From positions 25,482,001 to 25,546,000 of the forward strand of contig OX597836.1 of the NCBI GenBank assembly GCA_951406725.2: a DNA stretch of 64,000 nt, read 5' to 3'. The notes under the pieces were generated by a model, which worked only from the letters and a program-made list of their open reading frames with translations, was not told the DNA's origin and did no database searches. The position numbers and the translations under genes were made by a program. The stretch is from Octopus vulgaris (Eukaryota). Shown here piece by piece: positions 39,768 to 53,224 of the stretch (its first letter is position 1; the number at the start of each line of letters is the position of its first letter).

Positions 39768-40270
39768 CTAGCAGTATCGCCCGGCGTTGCTCGGGTTTGT
39801 AAGGGAAATAACTATATAAGCATTTTTAGAGAGTTATAGCCAAAAATAGCAAAAAAATGCATTAAAAATGGAAAAAAAATGATGGTAAATTTTTTTTAAA
39901 ATCGTTGACTGATCGTAGACATTTTTAGAGAGTTACTTCCCTTATATAATAGCGAAAAAATGCATTAAAATGGAAAAAAAATGATGGTAAATTCTTTTAA
40001 AAATCGTAGACTCATCGTAGACATTTTTAGAGAGTTACTTCCCTTATATAATAGCGAAAAAATGCATTAAAATGGAAAAAAATGATGGTAAATTTAAAAA
40101 AAAATCGTAGACTCATCGTAGACGCGCGCTAATACCCAGAAGGGCTCGATATGAATCACGACTATAAGATATCCGGTTTTGGTTAAACTGCACCGCAAAA
40201 TGTGGGAGTAGTTAGGAATCTAAATCGAAGGGGACAGACACTCACACAACTACAGTTTTATATATATAGA
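39768..40270 (-). mobile_element. Complete non-autonomous Helitron (503 bp) with internal ~102-bp tandem repeats
   Basis: Minus strand starts TCTATATATATAAAA, ends cccgagcaacgccggg hairpin then CTAG, inserted between A and T; three internal copies of a catttttagagag...gatggtaaat unit. Confidence 0.85.
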
Positions 40271-40659
40271 TATAGCGACGTACGTACACCTTTAGCTCAG
40301 CTGGTAAGTATATATCTAAATTCTGAACGACTTTCTTCTTTTTTTCCTCTTTTCTTTTCTCGCTCCCCCTTTCCCACTTTCTTGGCATCCTCTTTCTTTC
40401 CATTTTCGTTTTCTCGCTCACCCTCTCTCACATTTCTTGGCATTCTCTTTCTTCAATCTCTCTACTTTCCTCTGTTGTCTCCCTTGTACCTTTCCCCCTC
40501 TCTCTAGTTCCTTCCCTAATTCTTCAATCCCTCTGCTCCCTACCTCTCTCTGTTCCTCCCACGTGACCGGTACTCGGCCATGCATGATCATTCTTTCTTT
40601 CTTGGCTTGACCGTCGCTTGCACAACTTATTTCCCTGTCACCATCACAAAATCTCCTTG

Positions 40660-40972
40660 ATTGTGTCGAGAACGGTGAGAGCTTTTTGAAAACTTTGCGT
40701 AGGCCTCTGAGCAGGTATCGCCAAGCTTTTGGCAAAATTTGATGCAGATTCTCTGCTCAACTTTTTCTGTCATGGTCAATGCGACAATCACACACTACAC
40801 ACCTTCCTTCCAAGCACTGCTGTAAACAGCTGAAGTGAGTGAGAACGCTAAAACTTAGAGCAGATGCACAGCAGAGTTCAAGGTCAATCTGTGCCAGGCG
40901 GCTTCGATCGGCATGATTTAACTTCGTTATTATGACAACAGCCCGGACACTTATTGATCGGACCCCCGAATA
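40660..40972 (-). mobile_element. Mariner-family remnant: one TIR plus the transposase N-terminus
   Basis: TA + ttcgggggtccgatcaataagtgtccggg TIR-like end; MTEKVEQRICIKFCQKLGDTCSEAYAKF from 40773 resembles the mariner HTH. Confidence 0.7.
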
Positions 40973-41511
40973 CACGAAATTTTCACACGGGAGCGAAGTT
41001 AGTTCTGCCGATCTCTCTTTCCATGTTTACGATGTTAGTGTACACGTTGACAAGATATTTATGTCTGACATACAAATATGGCGTCGGCTGAAATCTATAG
41101 ATATACTCTCTAGTACAGAATAACATCGAAATAAAACAGTTAACGCACCAGTAATTTGTACAATATAAAGACATACGTGATTAAAACACATACCAACGCA
41201 TATAGATACATACATACATACATACATACATATACGTACATATATATATTTATATATATATATAGACATATACATATATGTGTATATATATTTGTATATA
41301 TATATATGTATATATAGACATATGCATATATGTGTATATATATTTGTATATATATATGTATATATATATATATATTTATATATATGTATATATATATATA
41401 GACATATACATATGCATGTATATATATATTATATATATATATTTGTATATATATATATATGTATATATATATATTTATATATATGTATAAGTATATATAT
41501 GTATATATATG

Positions 41512-41543
<32 letters not shown>

Positions 41544-42011
41544 CATATATGTATATATATATGTATATATATATACATATATATGTACATATGTATGTAT
41601 GTATGCATGTACGTATGTTTATATGTATGTACATTCAAATAAATATGCGTGTGTGTGTGTGTGTGTACATATAGATGAAACAGATATTTATGCATACTTT
41701 TTTTCATTACTTCTGGCATTTAGTTAAGATCAAAGTATGCTACGTGTTATATAAAGTGTAGTAACATATTATTCCCCATTTCTCTTTCTCTCTCTCTCTC
41801 TCTATCCCTCACACACACGCACACACACACACAAACACACATACACAAACAAGCCCAAAACAGAAAACAGACACACCCACATTCACACAGGCACATATAT
41901 ATATATATACATATATATATATTCACACACAGGCTGAAATACAGACGTACTCGCTAGAAGCCCACCTGATGCCGTCCTATTTATACACCAGGAAATGCCG
42001 AGCTACAAACA

Positions 42012-42088
<77 letters not shown>

Positions 42089-42599
42089 ACACATATGTGT
42101 ATATATCATTATTGAAGATATAATCCTGTTGATACGTACACATGTGCATATACCCAAACGCATACAGATTCACACATATAGGTTCAAAATGGAAGACAAA
42201 ACGTAGTATTCATACATACATTTAATTTAAAAAAGAATAAATAGCAATAATAAAACGTACGCATCACCAACGACCAAACGACTCAAACATACACAGAGAA
42301 AATAAATTCTAATATTATATCCTCAGGAAACTACTTTCAAATCATCAAACAACAGGTTACCTACAGTCTCCACATTTTTTTTTCTTCTTGTTAAATATTT
42401 CATTCCTGTCAGGAATTTATACTTTATTACATGAACATAGCAAAAAACGGAGCGATACAGCATATTTGTAAGTTCTCCTAGTTGTGACTCCACTCATGAC
42501 TTTAAAAAACGTGTTTCAATATTGATAAAGTTCGTCAGAAGAGTGCTATCTCTCTCCCTACCTCATAACCGCTTCCATATATATATATATATATGTATG

Positions 42600-42647
<48 letters not shown>

Positions 42648-42667
42648 CATATATATATATAATAGTT

Positions 42668-42830
42668 ATCGCCATACTAATATGGCATTCTTATAAAAAT
42701 AAGAAAAAAGCTGTCCGCTTATTAGCTCCATGAGGCCATCGCCTTAAGTTAGCTATTTGATACACAAACTGTATCCATATAACCTTCGAACAAGGGAGGT
42801 CAGTCGCTCCACACTACTTGACCGGCAGCT
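42668..42830 (-). mobile_element. Truncated divergent relative of the 352-bp repeat; hammerhead part absent
   Basis: Colinear motifs gccat..aatatggc, ttagc.cca.gagg, ga.acaca..ctgt.tcc and aaggga.gtca shared with 6185-6320. Confidence 0.5.
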
Positions 42831-42867
42831 ACAGTATGTATGTATGTATGTATATATATATACATAT

Positions 42868-42928
<61 letters not shown>

Positions 42929-43948
42929 CATACATACAGACATACTGCCATATATAGCATATGCGTATATTTGAATACTTTTTACTACTTTAGGACAGAA
43001 CTTTCCATAGCCGTTAACATAATCTTTCTCACCTGTATGTTCTGAAAATGTAACTTTGTCAAATAAAGCCCGCTTCATATTCAAAGCTCTGAAGCAAAAT
43101 TTCTCTCAACACATGGCTATGATGCTCCTCTACTACTTCTGCGTGTGATCAGAGATGCACATATCATCAGGCACTAAGGGACATGGTCAATTGGTTAAGG
43201 TCAAACAACAGACAAGTAAATCTGTGGGTATTGAGCAGAATATTTGCTGTAGACCCTTCTCTTATATCAAGACAAAACAACGTACATGATAACACTTCCT
43301 ATCAGTTAAGATCAGAAGCCATGAGAGCCACTTATTATTGTTGTTGGTGTTGCTGTTGTTGTTATTGTTGTTGTTATTGTTGTTGTTACATAAGTTGTTG
43401 TTGCAACTGTTATGTGATTACAGCAATACAATTTACTTAGTCTACTCCATGTTGTAACGTTAATTATTCGACAAAAAAGTTAAAAACAATGAGTTGTTAT
43501 TGAAGGCTTGGCTGTGTTTGTTTAATATTTTGCACGTTCGTTCCTTTTTTTTTTATTGTTTGTTTTGTTGTTCTTGTTAAGTAAAAATTCCACCATCAAC
43601 GGCAAAGCAAGCAACTCTGCCCAAAGCTACATGTTCGTTCGGGAAGGAAGCCATCATGATCATAATCATGATGATCATCATCAACAACAGTAGCAGCAGC
43701 AGCAGCAACAGCACCACCACCACCACCACCACCACCACCACCACTAGCACGACCAAGTTTTTGCTTCCACGAAAGGCTTATTCTATTATTGCGTGCATTC
43801 ATTACGTAATCAAGCGCAAACCGCCCTGGGTATGTGTACAGGTGCCAGCGTGCGCATGCGTGAAATGCATTTTTTCAATGTATTGATCGACACCTTCATT
43901 GATGAGTGCTTTTGTAGTGTGTGTGTGCGTACGTGTGTGAGCATACAT

Positions 43949-44002
<54 letters not shown>

Positions 44003-44165
44003 GTATGCACCCGTCCACGCATATGCTAACTTACATTCATACATACAAGCATATATATATATATATACACACACCCATACGTACTTGCATACGTACATAA
44101 AAACACATACATACATACGCACATACTTACATGCATACATATACACATGCTCATACGTGTATGCG

Positions 44166-44207
<42 letters not shown>

Positions 44208-44318
44208 CGTGAGTGTTTAGATATTTTTTGGGTTCTATACATATTTGGCAGCATCTAATTTTATTCTTCCTTCTGCACTTTGTTATTGTCACATCAACGT
44301 TATATAGTAGTAGTAGTG

Positions 44319-44395
<77 letters not shown>

Positions 44396-44732
44396 TTATA
44401 GGTGATGGTATTTCAGGAATACGTGGAGAGACGTTTTTGAAACTAGGAATGGAAGGATTCAATCTTAAGTAAGATAATCAAGATTAGACAAATGGGTGTG
44501 TGAATGTGAGAATAGGTCTGGTACTTATTATAACGTTTTTTTTGTTTTTGTTTTGGGCCGAAATGCCATGTTACAGAGGCATAAACAAACCGATGCCGGT
44601 TGTCAGGCGTGAGAGATTAGACTTACAGAAACACAAGGATACACGATCACACACACACACACACACACAACACACACACACACATACACACACATATACA
44701 CACAACACACAATACACACACACATACACACA

Positions 44733-44764
<32 letters not shown>

Positions 44765-45894
44765 ACAACACACAATACACACATACATGCACACACACAC
44801 ACACACAAAACACACACATACACACACACACATATCTATAATAAAAATATTTTGACAAAAACATCCACGAAAAAAACAAATATACGTCATCAAAATTAGA
44901 ACCAATTAAAACTTGATCCTTTACCATAATACCATATATATATACTAAAAACTTTGAACTTATAACGTTTGGAAATAAGAGCGAAAATGCTAGAAATAAG
45001 AGCGAAAATACTCTAATACTGTAGTCAAAGCACATAATTGTATACATATATACTGACAGGGAGTGCAATCGTCCGAAAATGTTGTTCGAGAATTTTTTAT
45101 ACTGACAGTCAGTTTCCGCAATTTCCGTTGCTTCATCAGCAAGGAATGGCTTGAATTCGGAAGATACCGGACTTAATTCTATATCAGAATATGTTTTCTT
45201 CATAAAACTCTATGGATGATTTAGCGAATTTCTGTGTATATTCTTTTATTCTTTTACTTGTTTCTGTCATTTGACTGCGGCCACGCTGGAGCACCGCTTT
45301 AAAGGGTTTTAGTCGAAGCAATCGACCCCAGGACTTATTCTTTGTAAGCCTAGTACGTACTCTATCGGTCTCTTTTGCCGAACCGTTAAGTTATGGTGAC
45401 ATAAGCACACCGTCATCGGTTGTCAAGTTTTTGTGGGGGCCAAACACACACACACTAATATATACATATATACGAGAAGAATCTTTCAGTTTCCGTCTAC
45501 CATTCCACTCGCAAGGCTTTGATCGGCCCGAGGCTATAGTAGAAGACACTTGCCCAAGGTGCCACGCAGTGGGACTGAACCCAGGACCATATGGTTGGGA
45601 AGCAAGCTTCTTACCACACATAAAATAATATACATACATACATACATACATACATGTATATATATATGTGTGTGTGTGTATTCTTTTATTCTTTTTCCTT
45701 TTTCAATCATTTGACTCTGGCCATGTTGGAGCACCGCCTTGGAGGACTTTAGGTGAACAAACCAACCCCAGGACTTATTTTTTTAAGGCTAACTTATTCT
45801 ATCGGGCATTTTTGTCGAACCGCTATGTTACAGGGACTTAAACTCTCCAACACCAGTTGTCAAGCGGTGATGGGGGTACAAACTGAGACACAAA

Positions 45895-45932
<38 letters not shown>

Positions 45933-46551
45933 TGCACACACACACATTAAAATTAATTTTGCTTTTCAATCTTCTGGCCTCGTCGAAACGATACCAGCCA
46001 TATTGAGGACACCGCTTACACCTTTTCTGCAAGTTTAGTTGACTATTTCTAAGCCATTTGCAGCAAATAAAGATTCTAGAAATGGCAAAAGGTCATGCCG
46101 GTGGTTTATAATATACGTCAGTGAAATAGAAACAAAGAAAGACATTGTTCTGAAGGATTGTCTAACATAAACGAGGGAAAAAAATATGGCGGCTATTTCA
46201 GTTGCAGCTGATGGAATCATATCTCGTAAAGAAGAATGTGAGATTTTCTAAATATAAACCAACTTGAAGTAAAGATGGCCGTTATATAGTAGAAGAAATG
46301 GCAAGCAATGACTGCAGTAGTCATAATTTTTATTTTATATATCTTTTTATTTTGCAATGTCTGAGCAATCACGTGGTTAGTTACAAACTTGGCGGAGGTC
46401 ATTCACTGGTTAACTGTATGTCTGGGAGCAACAAAAATAAAGGGTTTTTCTATGCAGCTTGGGTGGATGAGCTACGACAAGGTATTTTTGTTCGAACGAC
46501 GAGAAAAATTTCCGTGAAAGATATATATTAACAAAAACATATACGCACACA

Positions 46552-46622
<71 letters not shown>

Positions 46623-48051
46623 ACACACACACACACATACGCACACACACATACAGAAGCGTAGGCGTGGCTGTGCGGTAAGAAGCTTGCTTCCCAGCCA
46701 CAGGGTTCCGGTTTCAGTCCCACTGCGTGGCACCTTGGGCAAGTGTCTTCTACTATAACCTCGGGCCGACCAAAGCCATGAGAGTAGATTTGTCAGACGG
46801 AAACTAGAAGAAACCCGTCGTATATATGTATATATATATATACTTATATATTTATATTTGTATGTATATATGTGTGTGTCTGTGTCTGTGTTTGTCCCCC
46901 GCCATCACTTGATAATCGATGCTGGTGTGTTTATTTCCCCGTAACTTAGCGGTTCGGCAAGATAGAGTAACTACTAGGCTTACAAAGAATAAGTCCCGGA
47001 GTCGATTTTTTCGACTAAAACCCCTTAAGGTGTTGCCCCAGCATGGCCGCAGTGAAATAACTGAAACAAGTAAAAGAAAAAAATCCATACCTACACATAA
47101 GGTCATACTGAACTGGTTTGTTTTATTTTATTACCTTTTACTTGTGTCAGTCATAAGACTGCGGCCATGCTGGGGCACCGCATTGAAGAACCTTTATTAG
47201 AACGTATTGATCCCAGTACTTATTTTATTAGTTTCTTTTGGGTCGATAAGTATGGGGACGCAAACATACCAGTGCCGGTTTTTCTCGCGGTGGCGGGGGA
47301 CAGACAGATAGACCGACAGACACACACACACGCGTACATATATGATGGGCTTCTTTCGGTTTCCGTCTAACAAATACACTCGCAAGGATTTGGTCGGCCC
47401 GAGACTACAGTAGAAGAAACTTGCCCAAGGTGCTACACAGTGGGACTGAACCCGGAACCATGTGGTTGGGAAGCAAGCTTTTTACCATAAAGCCACAAAA
47501 TAAATAAATAGATAAATAAGCGACTGCTTCGAACTTTGAACTATTAGTGAAAGGAGATTAATTCTTGAACCATTCTTTGCTTCACAAACCTATCGCATTT
47601 CATATATAATTGCATTATATTAGAACGATTGTATTTTACTAGCATCTGTTGTGCATTTCGAGGGTTAATTAAGCAACAAGGTAAGAAATACAGCGGAAAT
47701 TGAAGCAGCAGAAAAGAAAAGAAAAGCTTGGGTTAGTTAGTAAAATTGTGTTTGAAAGAGAAATGAGTTATCAGTCTGTTCTTTTGTCACAGCAGCCAGG
47801 AATATGCTTTCAAAATGAGTGATTATAAGAGAAGAAACCAGACGCTGGTGGTTATGTGCGTAGGATCAGTAGATTTTTCCAGAAAATTTGGTGCCGAGGC
47901 CCCGACTGAGATCAAACAAGATTAATGAGACAATGTACAATAACCTGCAATAGTCTCATGATAAGAAGAGAGCAGTGGATTATAACTCGTCAAACGAAGC
48001 ATCTCACAATTTCCCTACACAAAATATCATTATCATTATTATTGACAAAAG

Positions 48052-48106
<55 letters not shown>

Positions 48107-48353
48107 CCACCATTATTATTATTCCTCAGGCGGCGAGCTGTCAGAAACGTTAGCACGCCGGGCGAAATACTTAGCGGTATTTCGTCTGTCTTTACGTTCT
48201 GAGTTCAAATTTCGCCGAGGTCGACTTTGTTTTTCATCCTTTTGGAGTCGATTAAATAAGTACCAGTTACACACTGGGGTCGATGTAATCCTCTTTGTCT
48301 GTCCTTGTTTGTCCTCTCTATGTTTAGCCCCTTGTGGGCAATAAAAAATAATA

Positions 48354-49160
48354 CTGTATCCCAGTAGTTATAGGTGCATTGGGAAATATCCGTAAAGAAA
48401 TGAACAGATGCATAGAGGAAATAGTGATAAAACCCAGTTTAGTACAGTTCCAGAAAAAAGTGTTATTTGGGATAGCTAGGATACTTAGGAGGGTTCTTGT
48501 CATCAAAGGTTACTTGCTTTAACCCAATAGGAGGGTTCTTGACATCTAAGACTCCTTTTTGTAGGAAGAATATAAGAAATGGAGGCACGACCAGGTTGTA
48601 AAAGTTTTACACTGGAAACTTCCAGAAATGGGGATTTGAAGCTAGAAACACACGGTACAATAATCGAATCGAAAGAGTACTGGAGTCGGAGTAATGTAAA
48701 ATTTTGTGGGACTTTCCCATTCAAACGGACAAGAAGCTAGAAAATAATAGACCGGACATTACAATTATAGATATTGAAAAGTGAAGTTGCTTACTTATCG
48801 ACCCATCATACCCATTTGATTCCAGGATTGTAAAGAAAGAGGAAAAAAGAAACAAAGAAAATATAATCCTTTGCAATTTGAAATAGGAAGAATTTTGATC
48901 ATGCGAACAGTAAAGGTCGTGCCTATAATAATTGGCCTGTTGGGAACAGTAAACCAAGATATAGACAAATGGCCGAAGGAGACTGAAATAGAACACACGG
49001 TAGAGTTCCAAAAGGAAGTTTGCCTCTTAGGGACAGCAAGGATTATCAGGAGAATTCTAAGCATTTGAAAGACTGGCGAAAACTTGTGGATACTTAAGGT
49101 TACAGGCGGTGACTTGCTACCCACTCATATCCTACCAGGAATAAGACCAAACTCAAGCAT
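48354..49160 (+). mobile_element. RLE-type (R4/Dong-like) non-LTR retrotransposon remnants, two overlapping 3' ends
   Basis: IPVVIGALG...QKKVLFG.ARILRRVL; LWDFPIQTDKKLENNRPDI; VPIIIGLLG...LGTARIIRRIL. Confidence 0.72.
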
Positions 49161-49168
49161 CGTTTCTA

Positions 49169-49252
<84 letters not shown>

Positions 49253-49264
49253 AACAACAACAAC

Positions 49265-49301
<37 letters not shown>

Positions 49302-49307
49302 TCAAAT

Positions 49308-49585
49308 GAACAATATTTCGGCATGTAGTGTGCCTTCCACAGGTTCAAAAAATAAACATGTCGATCTACTTCATTTCTGGTAATATTTTATAGGATTGAA
49401 GTAACTCTTCCAGAAGGTATACAGAAGTAAAAGAAAAAAAAAAAAAAGAAAAAGATGAGTACCATTTTTTGCTTCTGTATACCTTCCGGAAGTGTTACCT
49501 CAATCCTATAAAATATTAGCAGAAATGACGTAGATTGACATGTTTTGAACCTGTGGAAGGCACACTACATGCCGAAATATCGTTC
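49308..49585. mobile_element. Near-perfect ~280-bp foldback element
   Basis: ~120-bp arms (atatttcggcatgtagtgtgccttccacaggttcaaaa...cagaag) around an A-rich loop. Confidence 0.85.
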
Positions 49586-49624
49586 TCTTGATAACAATGG
49601 CACTCTTCTTTTTTCGCTTCTGTT

Positions 49625-49681
49625 TTTAATAATAATAATAAATAATAATAATAATAATAATAATGATAATAAATAATAATG

Positions 49682-49739
<58 letters not shown>

Positions 49740-49819
49740 CAATAATAATAATAATAATAATAAAAACAACAACAATAATAATAATAATAATAATAATAAA
49801 AACAATAATAATGATGATG

Positions 49820-49865
<46 letters not shown>

Positions 49866-49875
49866 CAATAATAAA

Positions 49876-49913
<38 letters not shown>

Positions 49914-49930
49914 CAATAATAATGATGATG

Positions 49931-49979
<49 letters not shown>

Positions 49980-50000
49980 TAATAATAATAATAATAATTA
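49625..50000. repeat. (AAT)n microsatellite; similar tract at 52660-53200
   Basis: Directly visible. Confidence 0.95.
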
Positions 50001-50788
50001 CTTGCAATATATTAAGCAAATAATATGAAATTCTTTATTAATATTGTCACGTCACCGAATATTGTGTTTTTAGATTTACTTGCATTTCCATTCTAACGAC
50101 AAATAAACTCTGATTCAATGAATTCTTTTCCAAATCTTATTTGATTGTTGAAGCACGTAAGGTTGAAAAGACAGCCGGCAACGGGAAGAATATAAACAAA
50201 TGAACCATTTTTATCTTCATTTTTTTTTTTGGTCTCTCTATCAGAATTACGAAGGGTTTTTTTTTTATTCTATCTTTAAAATTTTAGTAGCAACAAAAGT
50301 TTACAGAGATATTTATGGAAGCCAAAAACAAAAGAAACATGGCAGTCGGCAGTGTTTGAAATACTATAGAAGCCGATATTAAACATTAAAAAAGTATACA
50401 TCTATGTACTTATTGCATATACACACACATACATACACACACGTACACACACACATACATACACACACACGTAAACACACACATACATGCACACACACGT
50501 ACACACACACATACATGCACACATACGTACACATACACACACATACAAACACGCAATGACAGGTCTGTATGGATGCATGCAGGTACGTATACATCTATGT
50601 ATACAAGCACACATCTATCTACCACTCATTTTTTTTGCATATATATATATGTGCACGTATGTGTGTATATACTTATTTGCATATATATATATGTGCACGT
50701 ATGTGTGTATATATAAGTACATATTTGTGTATGCACACATATATATGTGTGTGTGTGTATATGTGTGTGTATGTATACACACACACAC

Positions 50789-50822
<34 letters not shown>

Positions 50823-51337
50823 ATATACATATATATGTGTGTGTGTATACATATATGTGTGAGTGTGTGTGTGTGAGAGAGAGCGTGTGTGTGCGTGTGC
50901 TGAAACAAAGAAATAACACCCTATAAAACTTTACTCAGGAAAATACACACACAAACAACCACACAAACACATACGCAAACACAAACACGTGTACAAACAT
51001 GCAGAAACACACACACACACACACATACACAAAACATATAAAACACGCACTAACGTTTCTATCCACAAACTTAAACACACACACACGTATTCACACACAC
51101 ACATACACACACACACACACACAGACATAAATATGCAAACACACACATGCAACAGAAGACAAAATAGGACAAACGGTAAAGCTAGGAAAACTAGGAAAAA
51201 CACACAAAAGCAAAGTTAAGATAAGCAAAAAAAAAAAAAACCCACACTACATGAAAACAAACATAAATTAAAACAAAAGAAAGCAGACAAAACAAAGAAA
51301 AAGGATAAATAAAGAAAGCAAAATGGCGGCTACTTAC

Positions 51338-51436
51338 GACGTCACGATCATCGGAAATACTTCCGGAAGCGAGTAAGGCTTTCAAAATGTCAATATTGCC
51401 TTTTTTGGCTGCCAGATGTAAAGCTGTAGCACCATC
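51338..51436 (-). CDS. ANKDD1A: ANKDD1A-like ankyrin exon: [33 protein letters not shown]
   Basis: 99 nt, cag/gtaagt boundaries, ankyrin consensus GxTALHLAA; visible inside ORF 51191..51928. Confidence 0.92.
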
Positions 51437-51455
51437 CTGTGGATTAAAGAGGGAA

Positions 51456-51523
<68 letters not shown>

Positions 51524-51560
51524 GTATGTATATATATATATGTATGCACACACACATATG

Positions 51561-51604
<44 letters not shown>

Positions 51605-51939
51605 CGTATGTATGTATGTATGTATGTATGTATATATATATATGTATGCACACACACATATGTATGTATATATATATATATATATATATATTATGTATGT
51701 ATGTATGTATGTATGTATGTATGTATGTATGTATGTATGTATGTATATATGTATACACACACACATGTGTATGTGTATATATATGTATGTATATATATAT
51801 GTATATATATATATGTATATATATACATATATATATATATGCATAAATGTATGTATATATATGTGTATATATATATACATACATATACCCATGTACATAT
51901 ATACATACATGTGTATATATGCATGCATATATATATATG

Positions 51940-51984
<45 letters not shown>

Positions 51985-52547
51985 ATACATATACATATAC
52001 ATATATGTATATATACACATATACATATATATATGCATATATATACATATATATTCATATATATATATATATATATATACATCCATTCAGTTACACACAT
52101 ATGTATACATATATACGTATACGCATTCACATACACACATACACAAACATATATACATATGCATACATATACATACATACAGACATGTATCTACACACAC
52201 ATGTATGCACGCATCCATGAGCACCTTCTTATGTGTGTGTGTGTGTGTGTGTAAATATGAAGGAAAGCAACAACCCTAAAACTTTCTTCTTAAATATAAT
52301 TACTGATGGTGATGTTGTTGTTGTTGTTACTGTTATTTTCTCTTTGTTTTCGATATATTTGCTTCTGTTGTCTTCGTTGTCAACGTCGTCGGTGTCGTCG
52401 TCATCGTCGTCATCATTGTTACTGTTGTTGTTGTTGTTGTTGTTGTTGTCAATGATTGTTAATGTGTTTTGGTGTTGAGGTGTTCATAATTGCAATTCCT
52501 TTCCATTGTGTTACACTGAATAGAGAACACACACACACACACACACA

Positions 52548-52627
<80 letters not shown>

Positions 52628-52850
52628 AAATAACAAACTAATGTTCTTGTATATAGTTCACAAATGATGATGATGATGATGATGATAAATATAATAATAA
52701 TAACAATAATTATAACAACAATAATAATAATAATAGCAAAAAACAGCAATAATAATGATAATAATAATAATAATAATAATAATGATAATAATAATAATAA
52801 TAATAATAATGATAATAATAATAATAATAATAAGAAGAATAATAATAATA

Positions 52851-52900
<50 letters not shown>

Positions 52901-53011
52901 AGATAATAATAATAATAATAATAATAATGATGATAATAATAATAATAATGTAATAATAATAATAATAATAATAATGAATAATAATAATAATAATAATTAT
53001 AACAATAATAG

Positions 53012-53045
<34 letters not shown>

Positions 53046-53071
53046 TAATAATAATAATAATATTAATAATG

Positions 53072-53136
<65 letters not shown>

Positions 53137-53167
53137 TATAATAATAATGATAATAATAATAATGATA

Positions 53168-53198
<31 letters not shown>

Positions 53199-53224
53199 TG
53201 GTATGATCACCTATATATGAAGTG

